A DNA stretch of 63,428 nucleotides, counting the filler. It is 5 parts of 5 records of this genome, joined end to end, with 100 filler letters (N's around TTAATTAATTAA, not from the genome) between each part and the next. Parts side by side here need not be neighbours in the genome. Positions count along the whole stretch, not along the records: positions 12,580 to 19,696 come from DRR723986_4936; positions 19,797 to 49,204 come from DRR723986_4940; 3 more parts are not named here. One strand, written 5' to 3'. Below, piece after piece: positions 12,580 to 22,095 of this stretch. The notes under the pieces are model-generated. The model was not told the origin of the DNA. It did no database searches and saw only the letters and a program-made list of their open reading frames with translations. The first letter of the stretch is position 1, and each line of letters starts with the position of its first letter. The position numbers and the translations under genes were made by a program.

Positions 12580-12912
12580 GGGGATTATCAAGGGCGAGAC
12601 AGTGCTGGTTATGTCAACGCCATTGGCCACACCACGCTGCTCGATCCCTCCCAGGTGTTGGTGAACCTCAGTGCACGTGCTGGGGAGTTTCCCTCCGAAG
12701 AAGGAATCGTGTCACCGAGCTTATTTGCCACCAAGATTGGCGGTCCGGCCTTAGCTTTGAACCCACACTGGTCCAACGATCTCGTCACTGCTGCTCTGGC
12801 CACTCGAGGGCTAACGCCTGAGTTTGGTGAGTATCACCACCGGGTTGAGTCTTTGGCGCAGCGTGCTCGAGCAAAGATTGTCGCCCGATTAGCCCAGGGC
12901 TCCAGGAAATAA
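12580..12912 (+). CDS. C-terminal part of a degenerate GatD/CobQ-like type 1 glutamine amidotransferase
   Basis: The frame is open from the contig edge. SAGYVNAIGHT...EEGIVSPSLFATKIGGPALALNPHWSNDL aligns by eye to GFENH.G.T...EG....N..GTYLHGPLL.KNP.LAD.L. Confidence 0.6.
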   Translation, partial: GDYQGRDSAGYVNAIGHTTLLDPSQVLVNLSARAGEFPSEEGIVSPSLFATKIGGPALALNPHWSNDLVTAALATRGLTPEFGEYHHRVESLAQRARAKIVARLAQGSRK

Positions 12913-12915
12913 CTC

Positions 12916-13980
12916 CTAGTCGATAAAGCGGCGCTGAATATGGGCGCCGAGAGCAGCGACGACCTCGTCGCCAATGGTGCCTGCCCAGTTAGCCCAGTCT
13001 TCGGCCAGGGGTGAGCCCGCGTCGGGGTCTCCCCACAGGGTGACCATGTCCCCGGTGGTCGGGATGGTGGTGGGGTCAATATCAATCACGAGGTGGTCCA
13101 CGGCCACCTCGCGAATATCGAGGCGTGTTCCCTTCCACGCTACCCAGCCTGTGTTCGGTGGCAGGGGGAGGACTCCATCGCCATATCCGATGCCTACTCG
13201 GGCGGTGTGACGTTTCTCATCCACCGAAATAATGGGCGCGCGCAGGGTCATGACGGGAGCAAAACCGAGGTCCTTGGCTGAGCGGTCATCAAAGGGGCTA
13301 ATCCCATAGGCGATGATGCCGACCCGGACCAAGTCCAGGCGAGCCTGGGGGAGGTCTGAGGCCGCTGCCGAGGCTGCGATGTGGAGAAGCTCCGGTGTGA
13401 GCGAAGCGGAAGTGGCCGCTTCTACCGCGTGGTGGAACTTTTCTAGTGCCACGAGATCTTCTGCTAACGAAGTGTCCGCCAGATGAGACCAGATACCCAC
13501 TACCGAGATATCTCCGGCTGATTGGGCGGTGACGGCTGCAGCGACAAGCTCTGGCCAGTCCTTGGCTAGCGCACCATTTCGGTGCAATCCGGTGTCAATT
13601 TTCAGATGAACCCGAGTGTTGCCGCCCGGGGCTTCGCGACGTAATTTTTCTATCTGCCACAGAGCAGAAATCCCGAGATCAAGGGACGCCTCGGACGCCT
13701 CGCGGAAATCGTTGTGGGGAGAAAGAAGCCAACACAGCACGGGTGTCCCAGGGGCGACCTGCCGAATCGCCACACCGGTGTCGATATCGAGAACGGCCAG
13801 TGCCTCAGCGCCGGAGGTGATGGCTGCGAGAGCAAGTTCTCGGGCGCCATGGCCGTAGGCGTCAGATTTAATCGCAATCATCAGTTTCGCTTCTCCGGCA
13901 AGTTCACGTTTGGCCAGGGATACATTGGCGCCAAAGGCGCCCAGCGAAATATCGGCAAGCGGGGCGAATTCTAGATCCAT
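12916..13980 (-). CDS. Alanine-racemase-family protein with intact PLP barrel but no catalytic Tyr loop
   Basis: IKSDAYGHG (Lys38), HLKIDTGLHRNG, WSH and DLVRVG..YG are present. The C-domain lacks VSYG and GRxxMD. Confidence 0.85.
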   Translation of the reverse strand: MDLEFAPLADISLGAFGANVSLAKRELAGEAKLMIAIKSDAYGHGARELALAAITSGAEALAVLDIDTGVAIRQVAPGTPVLCWLLSPHNDFREASEASLDLGISALWQIEKLRREAPGGNTRVHLKIDTGLHRNGALAKDWPELVAAAVTAQSAGDISVVGIWSHLADTSLAEDLVALEKFHHAVEAATSASLTPELLHIAASAAASDLPQARLDLVRVGIIAYGISPFDDRSAKDLGFAPVMTLRAPIISVDEKRHTARVGIGYGDGVLPLPPNTGWVAWKGTRLDIREVAVDHLVIDIDPTTIPTTGDMVTLWGDPDAGSPLAEDWANWAGTIGDEVVAALGAHIQRRFID

Positions 13981-14594
13981 GTCCGCACCACCCGAGGGGA
14001 GAGATGAGACAAGAGAGCTCCTTCAGGCCGTGCGGACCATAGGGCCCACTGGCTCACGGTGGGGTCATCGCCCCAGATGATGGCAGGCTCACCCACTGCG
14101 CATTCCAGACCCGGGGCATCAATCACACACTGATCCATCGCAATACGACCAGCAATCGGATACGTCGTGTCACCCACTCTGATGCGAGCGCCGGGGGAGC
14201 CCGTGCGCGGCACCCCATCGGCAAAGCCCGCGCTGATGAGAGCCAGCGTAGTGTCCTCGCCGGTGGCATATTCATATCCGTACGACACGGTGGTCCCAGC
14301 TGGCACGTGCTTGAGCGCCACCACCTCGGCCCTAAAGGTGACGATGGTGTGCTGGTCGCTGAGGAACCACTCGCTCACCAGGGGCATGTCGTCTGGCGCC
14401 GGCGCGAGAGCGTTCGAGTGACCACGCCCGGGGGAGTAGCGGGCATAGCGAAAACCGGCATCGCGGGCGATAGGAGCCACCTGGGCTGCCCCCAGGCCGT
14501 ACGCATCTCCACGGAGATCCAGTGCCTGCTCACTACCTGCGAGGGTTGAGAGGTGTGCACCCAGCGCAGCGGTAGAAATTAGCGCCTGGCGCAT
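13971..14594 (-). CDS. Alanine-racemase-family protein with intact C-domain and collapsed barrel
   Basis: GTTVSYG (Tyr105), GFADGVPR and IAGRIAMDQ are present. LRGDAYGLG has Arg at the PLP-Lys position. 207 aa, overlapping the next gene by 10 nt. Confidence 0.82.
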   Translation of the reverse strand: MRQALISTAALGAHLSTLAGSEQALDLRGDAYGLGAAQVAPIARDAGFRYARYSPGRGHSNALAPAPDDMPLVSEWFLSDQHTIVTFRAEVVALKHVPAGTTVSYGYEYATGEDTTLALISAGFADGVPRTGSPGARIRVGDTTYPIAGRIAMDQCVIDAPGLECAVGEPAIIWGDDPTVSQWALWSARPEGALLSHLSPRVVRTWI

Positions 14595-14607
14595 TGGTGT
14601 AGTGCCT

Positions 14608-14841
14608 TTACGCGGTGATATCGTCTCGGAGCCTGTTGGTCTCATCGTGCCACTTCACGATTTTGTCTCCCAAAGACTCGCGGTGCTTCGTTGCGTGGTG
14701 TCCACAGAACAGCAACTCGCCTGAGGCAAGCGTGACCCGAACATACGCTTGGGCGCCACACGAATCGCACACGTCGAGAGCGCCGATAGCGTTGACCTCG
14801 TCGAGTGACGTGTCTAAGGTCTCCGTTGCAGTGTTCGACAT
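14608..14841 (-). CDS. Small actinobacterial Cys/His protein (DUF7455-like, putative Zn-binding)
   Basis: DVCDSCGAQAYVRV...LLFCGHH, AAGGAG SD, 77 aa, divergent from parE. Confidence 0.75.
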   Translation of the reverse strand: MSNTATETLDTSLDEVNAIGALDVCDSCGAQAYVRVTLASGELLFCGHHATKHRESLGDKIVKWHDETNRLRDDITA

Positions 14842-14984
14842 GCGAATCTCCTTGGGGCTAGTGGAACTTGTGTGACTATTCCACCATGCCCCGGTGACAA
14901 ATATGTCATTGACGCTCCCAGTTTCGCCCACCGCGTATCCCCAACCCACCGCTGACTTGGCCGTGTGCGCGCCAGGGCGGGCCT

Positions 14985-17102
14985 ATGCTCAATCTGGAAT
15001 TAGTGTCCAACGAAAGCGTGATTGTGCCTACAACTGATTATTCAGCTCGTCATTTGACCGTGTTGGAAGGTCTCGAAGCTGTTCGGAAACGCCCCGGTAT
15101 GTATATCGGTTCGACCGATTCCCGCGGGCTAATGCACTGCCTGTGGGAACTTATCGATAACTCTGTTGACGAGACCGTTGCCGGGCACGGTCACGACATT
15201 ACGGTCACTCTTCACCCTGATCACAGCGTGGAAGTATCGGACTCGGGACGTGGTGTTCCCATTGATATCGAGCCGCGCACTGGGCTGACCGGTGTGGAAC
15301 TGGTGTTCACCAGATTGCATGCCGGTGGAAAATTCGGAGCAGGCTCCTACGCCACCTCTGGTGGTCTCCATGGCGTGGGGGCATCGGTGGTGAATGCCTT
15401 GTCCGCTCGCGTGGACGTGGAAGTTGATCGCGAAGGCAAGACCTGGGCCATGTCCTTTCATCGGGGGGAGCCTGGCCTCTTTGCTGACACCGAGGGACCC
15501 TCACCTGAGTCAACCTTTGAGCCCTTTGTGAACAAAAGCGAGCTGCGCGCTTTGGGCTCGGTGAAGAAAGGGCTCACCGGAACTCGGGTTAGATTTTGGC
15601 CAGACCCCCAAATCTTTGGCAAAAAAGCCCGCTTTGCCGCCGCGGAACTCACCGAGCGCGCTCGGCAAACGGCGTTCTTAGTTCCAGGGTTGTCCATTCA
15701 CTTGGTCGACCACACCGGGGAAGAGGTGGTGAACACCACTTTTTCTGCCGCAGGAGGACTCAGTGAATTCCTTGAATTCCTCGCTCCCGACCAGCCCGTT
15801 GTGGGGCCTTGGCACTTCAGTGGTGAAGGGCAGTTCGAGGAAACTGTTCCCGTTTTAGATGCCACCGGCAAGTTGGAGTCGCAAGATGTCGTGAGGGACA
15901 CGCATGTCGACGTGGTGGTCCAGTGGGGCACCGGTTATGACACCGTCGTCAAGAGTTTCGTCAACATTATTCAAACCCCCAAGGGTGGAACTCACCAACA
16001 GGGCTTTGACCAGGGCCTGACGAAAACTTTGCGCGCCGAAATTGAGAAGAACGCCCGCAAGCTCAAAGTCGGTAAAGACAAAGTCGACAAAGACGACATT
16101 TTTGCTGGCATGACAGCAATCGTGGCCGTTCGGGTGCCAGAGCCCCAGTTTGAGGGCCAAACCAAAGAAGTACTCGGAACTCCCGGGGTTAAAGCCATCG
16201 TCAATTCGGTGATTTCGCAGGGCCTTGCCGCCAAATTGAGCTCCACCAAGCGCGAGGATAAAGCCGCGAGTGCGTTGCTCCAGGAAAAAATTGTCGCGGA
16301 AATGAAGACCAGGCTCTCAGCCCGCGCTCTGAAGGAAACGCAACGGCGCAAGACTGCGCTGGAGTCCTCCACGTTGCCCACCAAGTTGGTGGATTGCCGC
16401 AGCAAGGAAACCGATGGATCCGAATTATTCATCGTGGAGGGCGATTCGGCACTGGGCACCGCCAAACTCGCCAGGGATAGTGAATATCAAGCCCTTTTGC
16501 CGATCCGAGGGAAAATTCTCAACACCCAAAAGGCTTCCCTCCAAGACATGTTGGATAACGCCGAATGTGCCGCCATCATTCAGGTGATCGGTGCCGGTTC
16601 GGGTCGCACTTTTGATGTGAGCCAGGCGCGATACGGCAAGGTCATCATCATGTCTGATGCCGATGTCGATGGGGCACACATTCGAACCCTCTTACTCACG
16701 CTGTTTTTCCGATACATGCGTCCTCTCGTGGAAGAGGGCAGGGTCTATGCCGCCGTTCCACCCCTGCACCGTGTCGTGGTGAATACCCGAGGTAAGACTC
16801 CGCCCGAGCTGATATACACCTACTCGGAAGAAGAGCTTGTGAAGGTGTTGGCGGAGCTTGCGAAGGCCGGAAAGACCTATCAGGAGCCCATTCAGCGATA
16901 CAAGGGTCTGGGCGAAATGGATGCGGACCAACTCGCAGAAACGACGATGAATCGCCAGCAGCGCATGCTGCGCCGGGTGCGAGTCACGGATGCTCAAGCA
17001 GCCTCCGATGTCTTCGAACTACTGATGGGCTCCGAAGTGGCGCCCCGCCGTGATTTCATCGTCTCGGGCCCTGGTGTTAACCGCGAACGCATCGACGCTT
17101 AG
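14985..17102 (+). CDS. parE: Type IIA topoisomerase B subunit (topo IV ParE-like)
   Basis: [42 protein letters not shown] and RYKGLGEM. The true start may be GTG at 15018 or 15024. Confidence 0.88.
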   Translation: MLNLELVSNESVIVPTTDYSARHLTVLEGLEAVRKRPGMYIGSTDSRGLMHCLWELIDNSVDETVAGHGHDITVTLHPDHSVEVSDSGRGVPIDIEPRTGLTGVELVFTRLHAGGKFGAGSYATSGGLHGVGASVVNALSARVDVEVDREGKTWAMSFHRGEPGLFADTEGPSPESTFEPFVNKSELRALGSVKKGLTGTRVRFWPDPQIFGKKARFAAAELTERARQTAFLVPGLSIHLVDHTGEEVVNTTFSAAGGLSEFLEFLAPDQPVVGPWHFSGEGQFEETVPVLDATGKLESQDVVRDTHVDVVVQWGTGYDTVVKSFVNIIQTPKGGTHQQGFDQGLTKTLRAEIEKNARKLKVGKDKVDKDDIFAGMTAIVAVRVPEPQFEGQTKEVLGTPGVKAIVNSVISQGLAAKLSSTKREDKAASALLQEKIVAEMKTRLSARALKETQRRKTALESSTLPTKLVDCRSKETDGSELFIVEGDSALGTAKLARDSEYQALLPIRGKILNTQKASLQDMLDNAECAAIIQVIGAGSGRTFDVSQARYGKVIIMSDADVDGAHIRTLLLTLFFRYMRPLVEEGRVYAAVPPLHRVVVNTRGKTPPELIYTYSEEELVKVLAELAKAGKTYQEPIQRYKGLGEMDADQLAETTMNRQQRMLRRVRVTDAQAASDVFELLMGSEVAPRRDFIVSGPGVNRERIDA

Positions 17103-19549
17103 GAAAGCTTTTCCCCCAGGGACGCCACGGTGTCACTCAGCGGGCTCCCTGAGCCATCACGCTTGGAGTGTTCCTTCGGCAACGAGATGATCTGTCCCTT
17201 GGCCCCCAAAGCCTGGGGATGGGCTCCCACGTAGGCGTGGGTGAGCACGTCTTCGCCGCGCAAGAAACTGTGCGAGCGCACTCCCGAAGTCGCTCGGCCC
17301 TTGGGAGGGAACGTCTCGAGCGCGGAGCGCTTGGCGCGTAGCGTGGCTGTTCCTGGCAGTACTTCGCTAGATCCAGAAATCGTGATGACGTCCGCTGTGC
17401 CTCCGAGTACGGCTGTTGCGCAGATTACGGTGGCGGACTCGGGGAGATTGATTCCTGTCATACCGCCGGCACCGAGCCCCTGGGGGCGAATCAGTGACGC
17501 GCTAAAGGTCAATAACTGCGCTTGATTGGTAATGAGAACAACAGAGGCATCATCCGGCGCTAGGGACGAGCCCACCACGGAATCACCGTCTTTGAGACTC
17601 ACAACGCTCTGATGGGGTTTGTCGCCCAAGCCCTCGAGGGCAACTCGCTTGACCACCCCCTGCGCGGTGCCGATCACGATGGTGGGAGCATCTTCAAGAG
17701 TGAATAACCCCAGAACCTTCGCTTCCCGGGAAGTCAAGCCCAGGTACTCTGTGATGGCAATACCCCGGGCGAGTTGTGGTGTGTCGCTCTCGAGGACTGG
17801 CAGGTCCATGGGTTCAAAAGCGTGGAGGACTCCATCGCTCGTGAGGGCGCCAAGACGTGCCTTGAGCCTGGTGGACACCCCAGCCAGCAGTGCCTCGTGG
17901 GAAGCCGGTTTTGTCGACCCAGAGCTCAGTGGTGAGGGATCGGGCATCCGCGAAATCAGTCCGCTGGCGGTGAGCGCCACAAAACAGGGTGCGTCAGCGA
18001 TTTCTAACTTCTCTGCCGCGAGCGGAGCACGAGCGGTGGGGGCGACTTGGTCGAGCAGGATCGTGCGCCGGGGGGTGCCAAAAGATTCTGCTGCGCTGGC
18101 CATCTCGTCGGAGACTGTGTGGCGCAATAATTCCTCGCTACCGAGTAATTCCGTGAGGTGGGAAATTTCAGCCACCAACGCATCGCGCTCTGACTCGAGC
18201 TCAATGCGAGAAATTTTGGTCAGGCGACGTAGACGCAACTCCAGAATGTAGTCAGTTTGTTCACTAGAGAGGCTAAACACTTCTTGGAGGCGAGTTTTGG
18301 CGACACCGGCGTCATCCGAAGAGCGGATCAGTGCGATCACTTCGTCGATATCCACGATCGCCATCAATAATCCCTCGACGAGATGCAGGCGTTCGCGGCG
18401 TTTGGTGAGGCGATATTGCGAGCGCCTGGTCACCACCAAGAGGCGGTGAGCCACATACACACGCAGAAGATCCACCAGGCCGAGAGTCTGAGGTTGGCCT
18501 TCCACCAGAGCGACGGAATTAATCGAAAAGCTTTCTTCTAACGGGGTTAGTCGATAGAGCTCACCGAGGACTGCTTCGGGGTTAAAGCCGCTCTTGATCG
18601 CGATGACAAGCCGTAAACCGTGATGGCGGTCAGTGAGATCCGTGACATCGCTGATGCCGAGCAGCTTCTTAGCGTTGACCGCGTCTTTGATCTTGTCGAT
18701 CACTCGCTCCGGTCCGACCAGGTAGGGCAGTTCAGTGACCACAAGTCCGGTTTTTCGGGGGCCGATGGATTCCACACTGACGCTCGCGCGCATTTTGAAG
18801 CTTCCGCGACCAGTGGCGTAGGCCTCGGTGATTCCCTCAAGCCCGACGATGGCACCGCCGGTGGGCAGGTCGGGCCCGGGCACAAACCTCATGAGGTCTT
18901 CAAGCGTTGCCTCAGGGTGCTCAATCAGGTGACGGGCCGCAGCCACTACCTCATGGACGTTATGCGGGGCCATGTTGGTGGCCATTCCCACAGCAATCCC
19001 GCTGGCGCCATTGATCAGCAAGTGTGGCAGTGCTGCCGGTAAGACACTGGGTTGCGTGAGCTGATTATCGTAATTGGGGATGAAGTCGACTACGTCCTCA
19101 TCCAGGTTTTCCACCATGGCAATGGCCGCCGGCATGAGCCGCGCCTCGGTGTATCGCGCCGCTGCCGGTCCATCATCCAGAGAGCCAAAGTTCCCATGCC
19201 CGTCGATCATGGGCACACGCATGCTAAACGACTGAGAGAGTCGAACTAGGGCATCGTAGATCGCGCTGTCTCCGTGGGGGTGCAGCTTTCCCATCACGTC
19301 CCCGACTACTCGGGCTGACTTGACGTGGCCCCTTTCCGGAGTGAGACCCATCTGGGACATTTGGTAAATGATCCGGCGCTGCACTGGCTTGAGGCCGTCT
19401 CTGGCATCCGGGAGCGCCCGGGAATAGATCACGGAATAGGCATACTCAAGGAACGACCCCTGCATTTCATCTGTGAGCTCAACATCAACGATGCGTTCGC
19501 TTCCAGAATCGGGCGAGGCGTCCACGGGGGGCGCGGGAGTGGCAGTCAT
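17099..19549 (-). CDS. parC: Type IIA topoisomerase A subunit (topo IV ParC-like)
   Basis: [27 protein letters not shown] (catalytic Tyr) and GIAVGMATN. No GyrA box is visible in the degenerate CTD. Confidence 0.88.
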   Translation of the reverse strand: MTATPAPPVDASPDSGSERIVDVELTDEMQGSFLEYAYSVIYSRALPDARDGLKPVQRRIIYQMSQMGLTPERGHVKSARVVGDVMGKLHPHGDSAIYDALVRLSQSFSMRVPMIDGHGNFGSLDDGPAAARYTEARLMPAAIAMVENLDEDVVDFIPNYDNQLTQPSVLPAALPHLLINGASGIAVGMATNMAPHNVHEVVAAARHLIEHPEATLEDLMRFVPGPDLPTGGAIVGLEGITEAYATGRGSFKMRASVSVESIGPRKTGLVVTELPYLVGPERVIDKIKDAVNAKKLLGISDVTDLTDRHHGLRLVIAIKSGFNPEAVLGELYRLTPLEESFSINSVALVEGQPQTLGLVDLLRVYVAHRLLVVTRRSQYRLTKRRERLHLVEGLLMAIVDIDEVIALIRSSDDAGVAKTRLQEVFSLSSEQTDYILELRLRRLTKISRIELESERDALVAEISHLTELLGSEELLRHTVSDEMASAAESFGTPRRTILLDQVAPTARAPLAAEKLEIADAPCFVALTASGLISRMPDPSPLSSGSTKPASHEALLAGVSTRLKARLGALTSDGVLHAFEPMDLPVLESDTPQLARGIAITEYLGLTSREAKVLGLFTLEDAPTIVIGTAQGVVKRVALEGLGDKPHQSVVSLKDGDSVVGSSLAPDDASVVLITNQAQLLTFSASLIRPQGLGAGGMTGINLPESATVICATAVLGGTADVITISGSSEVLPGTATLRAKRSALETFPPKGRATSGVRSHSFLRGEDVLTHAYVGAHPQALGAKGQIISLPKEHSKRDGSGSPLSDTVASLGEKLS

Positions 19550-19552
19550 AGG

Positions 19553-19696
19553 ATGGCGCCTATGGTACTCGTCCCGCTGGCAACCACGCTCAGGCTTGCC
19601 GATATCCTCTCGAGTTCGCTCAGCGCACTCCACGGACAGAGCAATCCCTTGGACTTGGGGCCGGTCAAAAGAGCAGCCGTGTTAGTCGTCGATGGA
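19553..19696 (+). CDS. N-terminal fragment of an alkaline-phosphatase/nucleotide-pyrophosphatase-family protein
   Basis: MAPMV...LADILSS...[18 protein letters not shown] ends at the contig edge in the family's first metal-binding VVDG motif. Confidence 0.55.
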
Positions 19697-19796
19697 NNNN
19701 NNNNNNNNNNNNNNNNNNNNNNNNNNNNNNNNNNNNNNNNTTAATTAATTAANNNNNNNNNNNNNNNNNNNNNNNNNNNNNNNNNNNNNNNNNNNN
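19697..19796. other. Artificial contig spacer
   Basis: 44 N + TTAATTAATTAA + 44 N. Confidence 0.99.
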
Positions 19797-20090
19797 GTAT
19801 TGCTTGAGTTTCTTGCGCAGGGTGCCCCGGTTGAGGCCCAGCATGATGGAGGCCCGGGTCTGGTTGTTGCGGGTGTGGGCCATGATTTCCTCCAGCAGCG
19901 GCGCCTCGACCTGGGCCAGCACGAGGTCATAGAAATCGGTGGTCATTTGTCCGTCCAGTTCGCGCAGGTAGTGGCGTACCGACGCGGTGACGGCGTCGCG
20001 CAGGTGATTCGGGGGGACCTCCTGCCGGGTGTATTCGGCGGGTTCATCGTTGGCGGCGGCCTGGGTGGCTAGTGGTTCAGCCTTGGTCAT
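19797..20090 (-). CDS. fis: Nucleoid protein Fis, 3'-truncated
   Basis: VEAPLL...NQTRASIMLGLNRGTLRKKLKQY, downstream of dusB. Confidence 0.95.
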
Positions 20091-21073
20091 GCTGCTAGAT
20101 CCTTATTGTTGATTGAGTTGAACAGTCGGTCGTTGAAGGCACGCTGCTCTGCCGGCGTGGCCAGGGCATTGAAGGCTTTGCGCCAGTGCGCTTCGACCGG
20201 CAGGTATTGCAGGTACCACCCCATGTGCTTGCGCGCGATGCGCAGGCCGAGGAACTCGCCGTAGAAGTCGTGCAGTTCCCGCAGGTGGCGGTCGATCAGC
20301 GCATGGCGCTGGTCGAGGGTCGGGTCCGGCAGGGCCTGCCCGTTGGCGAGGAAGCCGGCAATCTGGCCACACAGCCAGGGTCTGCCCTGGGCTGCCCGGC
20401 CGATCATGATGCCTGCGGCCCCGGTGCGGGCCCGCACTCTGGCGGCCTTCTGCGGCGAGTCGATGTCGCCATTGGCGAACACCGGAAAGTCGGTGGCCGC
20501 GACAATGGCGGCGATGGTGTCGTATTCCGCCTCACCACGAAAGGCACAGGCGCGGGTGCGGCCGTGGACTGCCAGTGCGGCGATCCCCGCGTCCTCGGCG
20601 ATGCGGGCAATGGTTACGCCGTTGCGGGCATCCGGGTCCGTGCCGGTCCGGATCTTCAGGGTCACCGGTACATCCACGGCGCTGACGACCTCGCCGAGGA
20701 TGGTCGCGACCAGTGCTTCATCCGCCAGCAGCGCCGAACCGGCTGCCTTGCGGCAGACCTTCTTGGCCGGGCAGCCCATATTGATGTCGACGATCTGGGC
20801 ACCCTGGCTGACGTTGTAGCGCGCGGCCTCGGCCATGGTCGCCGGATCGTTGCCGACGATCTGTACCGAGCGCGGTTCGGACTCGCCATCGTGCCGGCTG
20901 CGCAGCAAGGTCTTGCGAGACTGGCGCAGGCTGGCGTCGCTGTTGATCATCTCCGATACCACAAGACCGGCACCCTGTTCGGCGCACAGCCGACGGAAGG
21001 GCAGGTCGGTGACGCCGGCCATGGGAGCCAGCGCCACGGGATTGGGTAGCGTGTAGTGACCGATCCGTAACAT
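20087..21073 (-). CDS. dusB: tRNA-dihydrouridine synthase B
   Basis: LAPMAGVTD, DINMGCPAKKV, VHGRTR and ANGDI, in a dusB-fis operon. Confidence 0.95.
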   Translation of the reverse strand: MLRIGHYTLPNPVALAPMAGVTDLPFRRLCAEQGAGLVVSEMINSDASLRQSRKTLLRSRHDGESEPRSVQIVGNDPATMAEAARYNVSQGAQIVDINMGCPAKKVCRKAAGSALLADEALVATILGEVVSAVDVPVTLKIRTGTDPDARNGVTIARIAEDAGIAALAVHGRTRACAFRGEAEYDTIAAIVAATDFPVFANGDIDSPQKAARVRARTGAAGIMIGRAAQGRPWLCGQIAGFLANGQALPDPTLDQRHALIDRHLRELHDFYGEFLGLRIARKHMGWYLQYLPVEAHWRKAFNALATPAEQRAFNDRLFNSINNKDLAA

Positions 21074-21182
21074 CGCAGAAAGGGGGTTCGAAAAAGAGGC
21101 GGTATGATACTCGACCGGTTCTCGGTGGTGAAGCAAAACTGGGCAAAAAACCGCCAGTTTTGCCTCGGCAGCGCGCCGCTGG

Positions 21183-22082
21183 CTAGTGGCCGCTGTCCTG
21201 GCTTGTCCCGGTCAGGCAGGCCCAGCCTTCGTGTTCACCGGTTACCGCAAGGTTCAGCCGGGGTGCGTAGTGGGCAATCACCTCGTCGGCCTGGGTAAGC
21301 AGGAGACCGGACAGCATCAGGGTGCCTCCGGGAGCCAGCAGGTCGAGCAAGGTGTCTGACAGCGCCAGCAGTGGCCCGGCCAGGATGTTGGCGATGACCA
21401 GCTGCGACCGACCCTGCCAGGCAACACTGTCATAGTGACCGGGGAGGGCAATGTGCAGCAGCGGGTCGGCGATGGCATTGCGCCGGGCATTGTCCCGGGT
21501 CGCCACCAGCGCCTGCGGGTCGTTGTCCACACACAAGGCTTCCCGGGCGCCGAGCTTCAGGGCCGCGGCGGCGAGGATGCCGGAGCCGCAGCCGTAGTCC
21601 ACGACCGTCAGTCCTGCCGGCTGCAGCCGGTCAATCGCCTCCAGGCACAGGGCCGTGGTGGGATGGGTGCCGGTACCGAAGGCCAGCCCCGGGTCCAGCA
21701 GCAGGTTGATTGCGTCGGGTTCTGGCGGCTCCAGCCAGCTTGGGCAGATCCACAGGCGCTCGCCGAAGCGCATCGGCTGGTAGTGCTGCATCCACTCCCG
21801 CTCCCAGTCCTTGTCTTCCAGGATTTCTATGCGGTGATTGGCGGCGGCAAGCAGGGGCTGCGGCAACTGAGCCAGCACCGCATCCATATCCGCGTCTGCT
21901 GGAAACAGGGCGGTGAGACAGGTTTCCCGCCACAGGGGGGTCTCCCCCACGGCGGGTTCGAGGACTGGCTGGTCGGCATTGTCCTGCAGAGTGACCGCCA
22001 CCGCGCCGCTGGCCAGCAGGCGGTCCTCAAGCTCGGCCACGTGCGGGGGTTGGGTGTCCAGCCGAAGCTGCAGCCAGGTCAC
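21183..22082 (-). CDS. prmA: Ribosomal protein L11 methyltransferase
   Basis: LDPGLAFGTGTHPTT, DYGCGSGIL and ANILAGPL. Confidence 0.96.
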   Translation of the reverse strand: MTWLQLRLDTQPPHVAELEDRLLASGAVAVTLQDNADQPVLEPAVGETPLWRETCLTALFPADADMDAVLAQLPQPLLAAANHRIEILEDKDWEREWMQHYQPMRFGERLWICPSWLEPPEPDAINLLLDPGLAFGTGTHPTTALCLEAIDRLQPAGLTVVDYGCGSGILAAAALKLGAREALCVDNDPQALVATRDNARRNAIADPLLHIALPGHYDSVAWQGRSQLVIANILAGPLLALSDTLLDLLAPGGTLMLSGLLLTQADEVIAHYAPRLNLAVTGEHEGWACLTGTSQDSGH

Positions 22083-22095
22083 GGGGCAGCCGCCG

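Noticed and set aside
13971-14594. Short racemase gene as a pseudogene
   Set aside because: It has no frameshift or internal stop, it is coupled to the next gene, and it keeps precisely the motifs its neighbour lacks.
14985-19549. Calling these genes gyrB/gyrA
   Set aside because: No GyrA box is visible, they are convergent rather than tandem, and there is no dnaA-recF context. Topo IV fits better.
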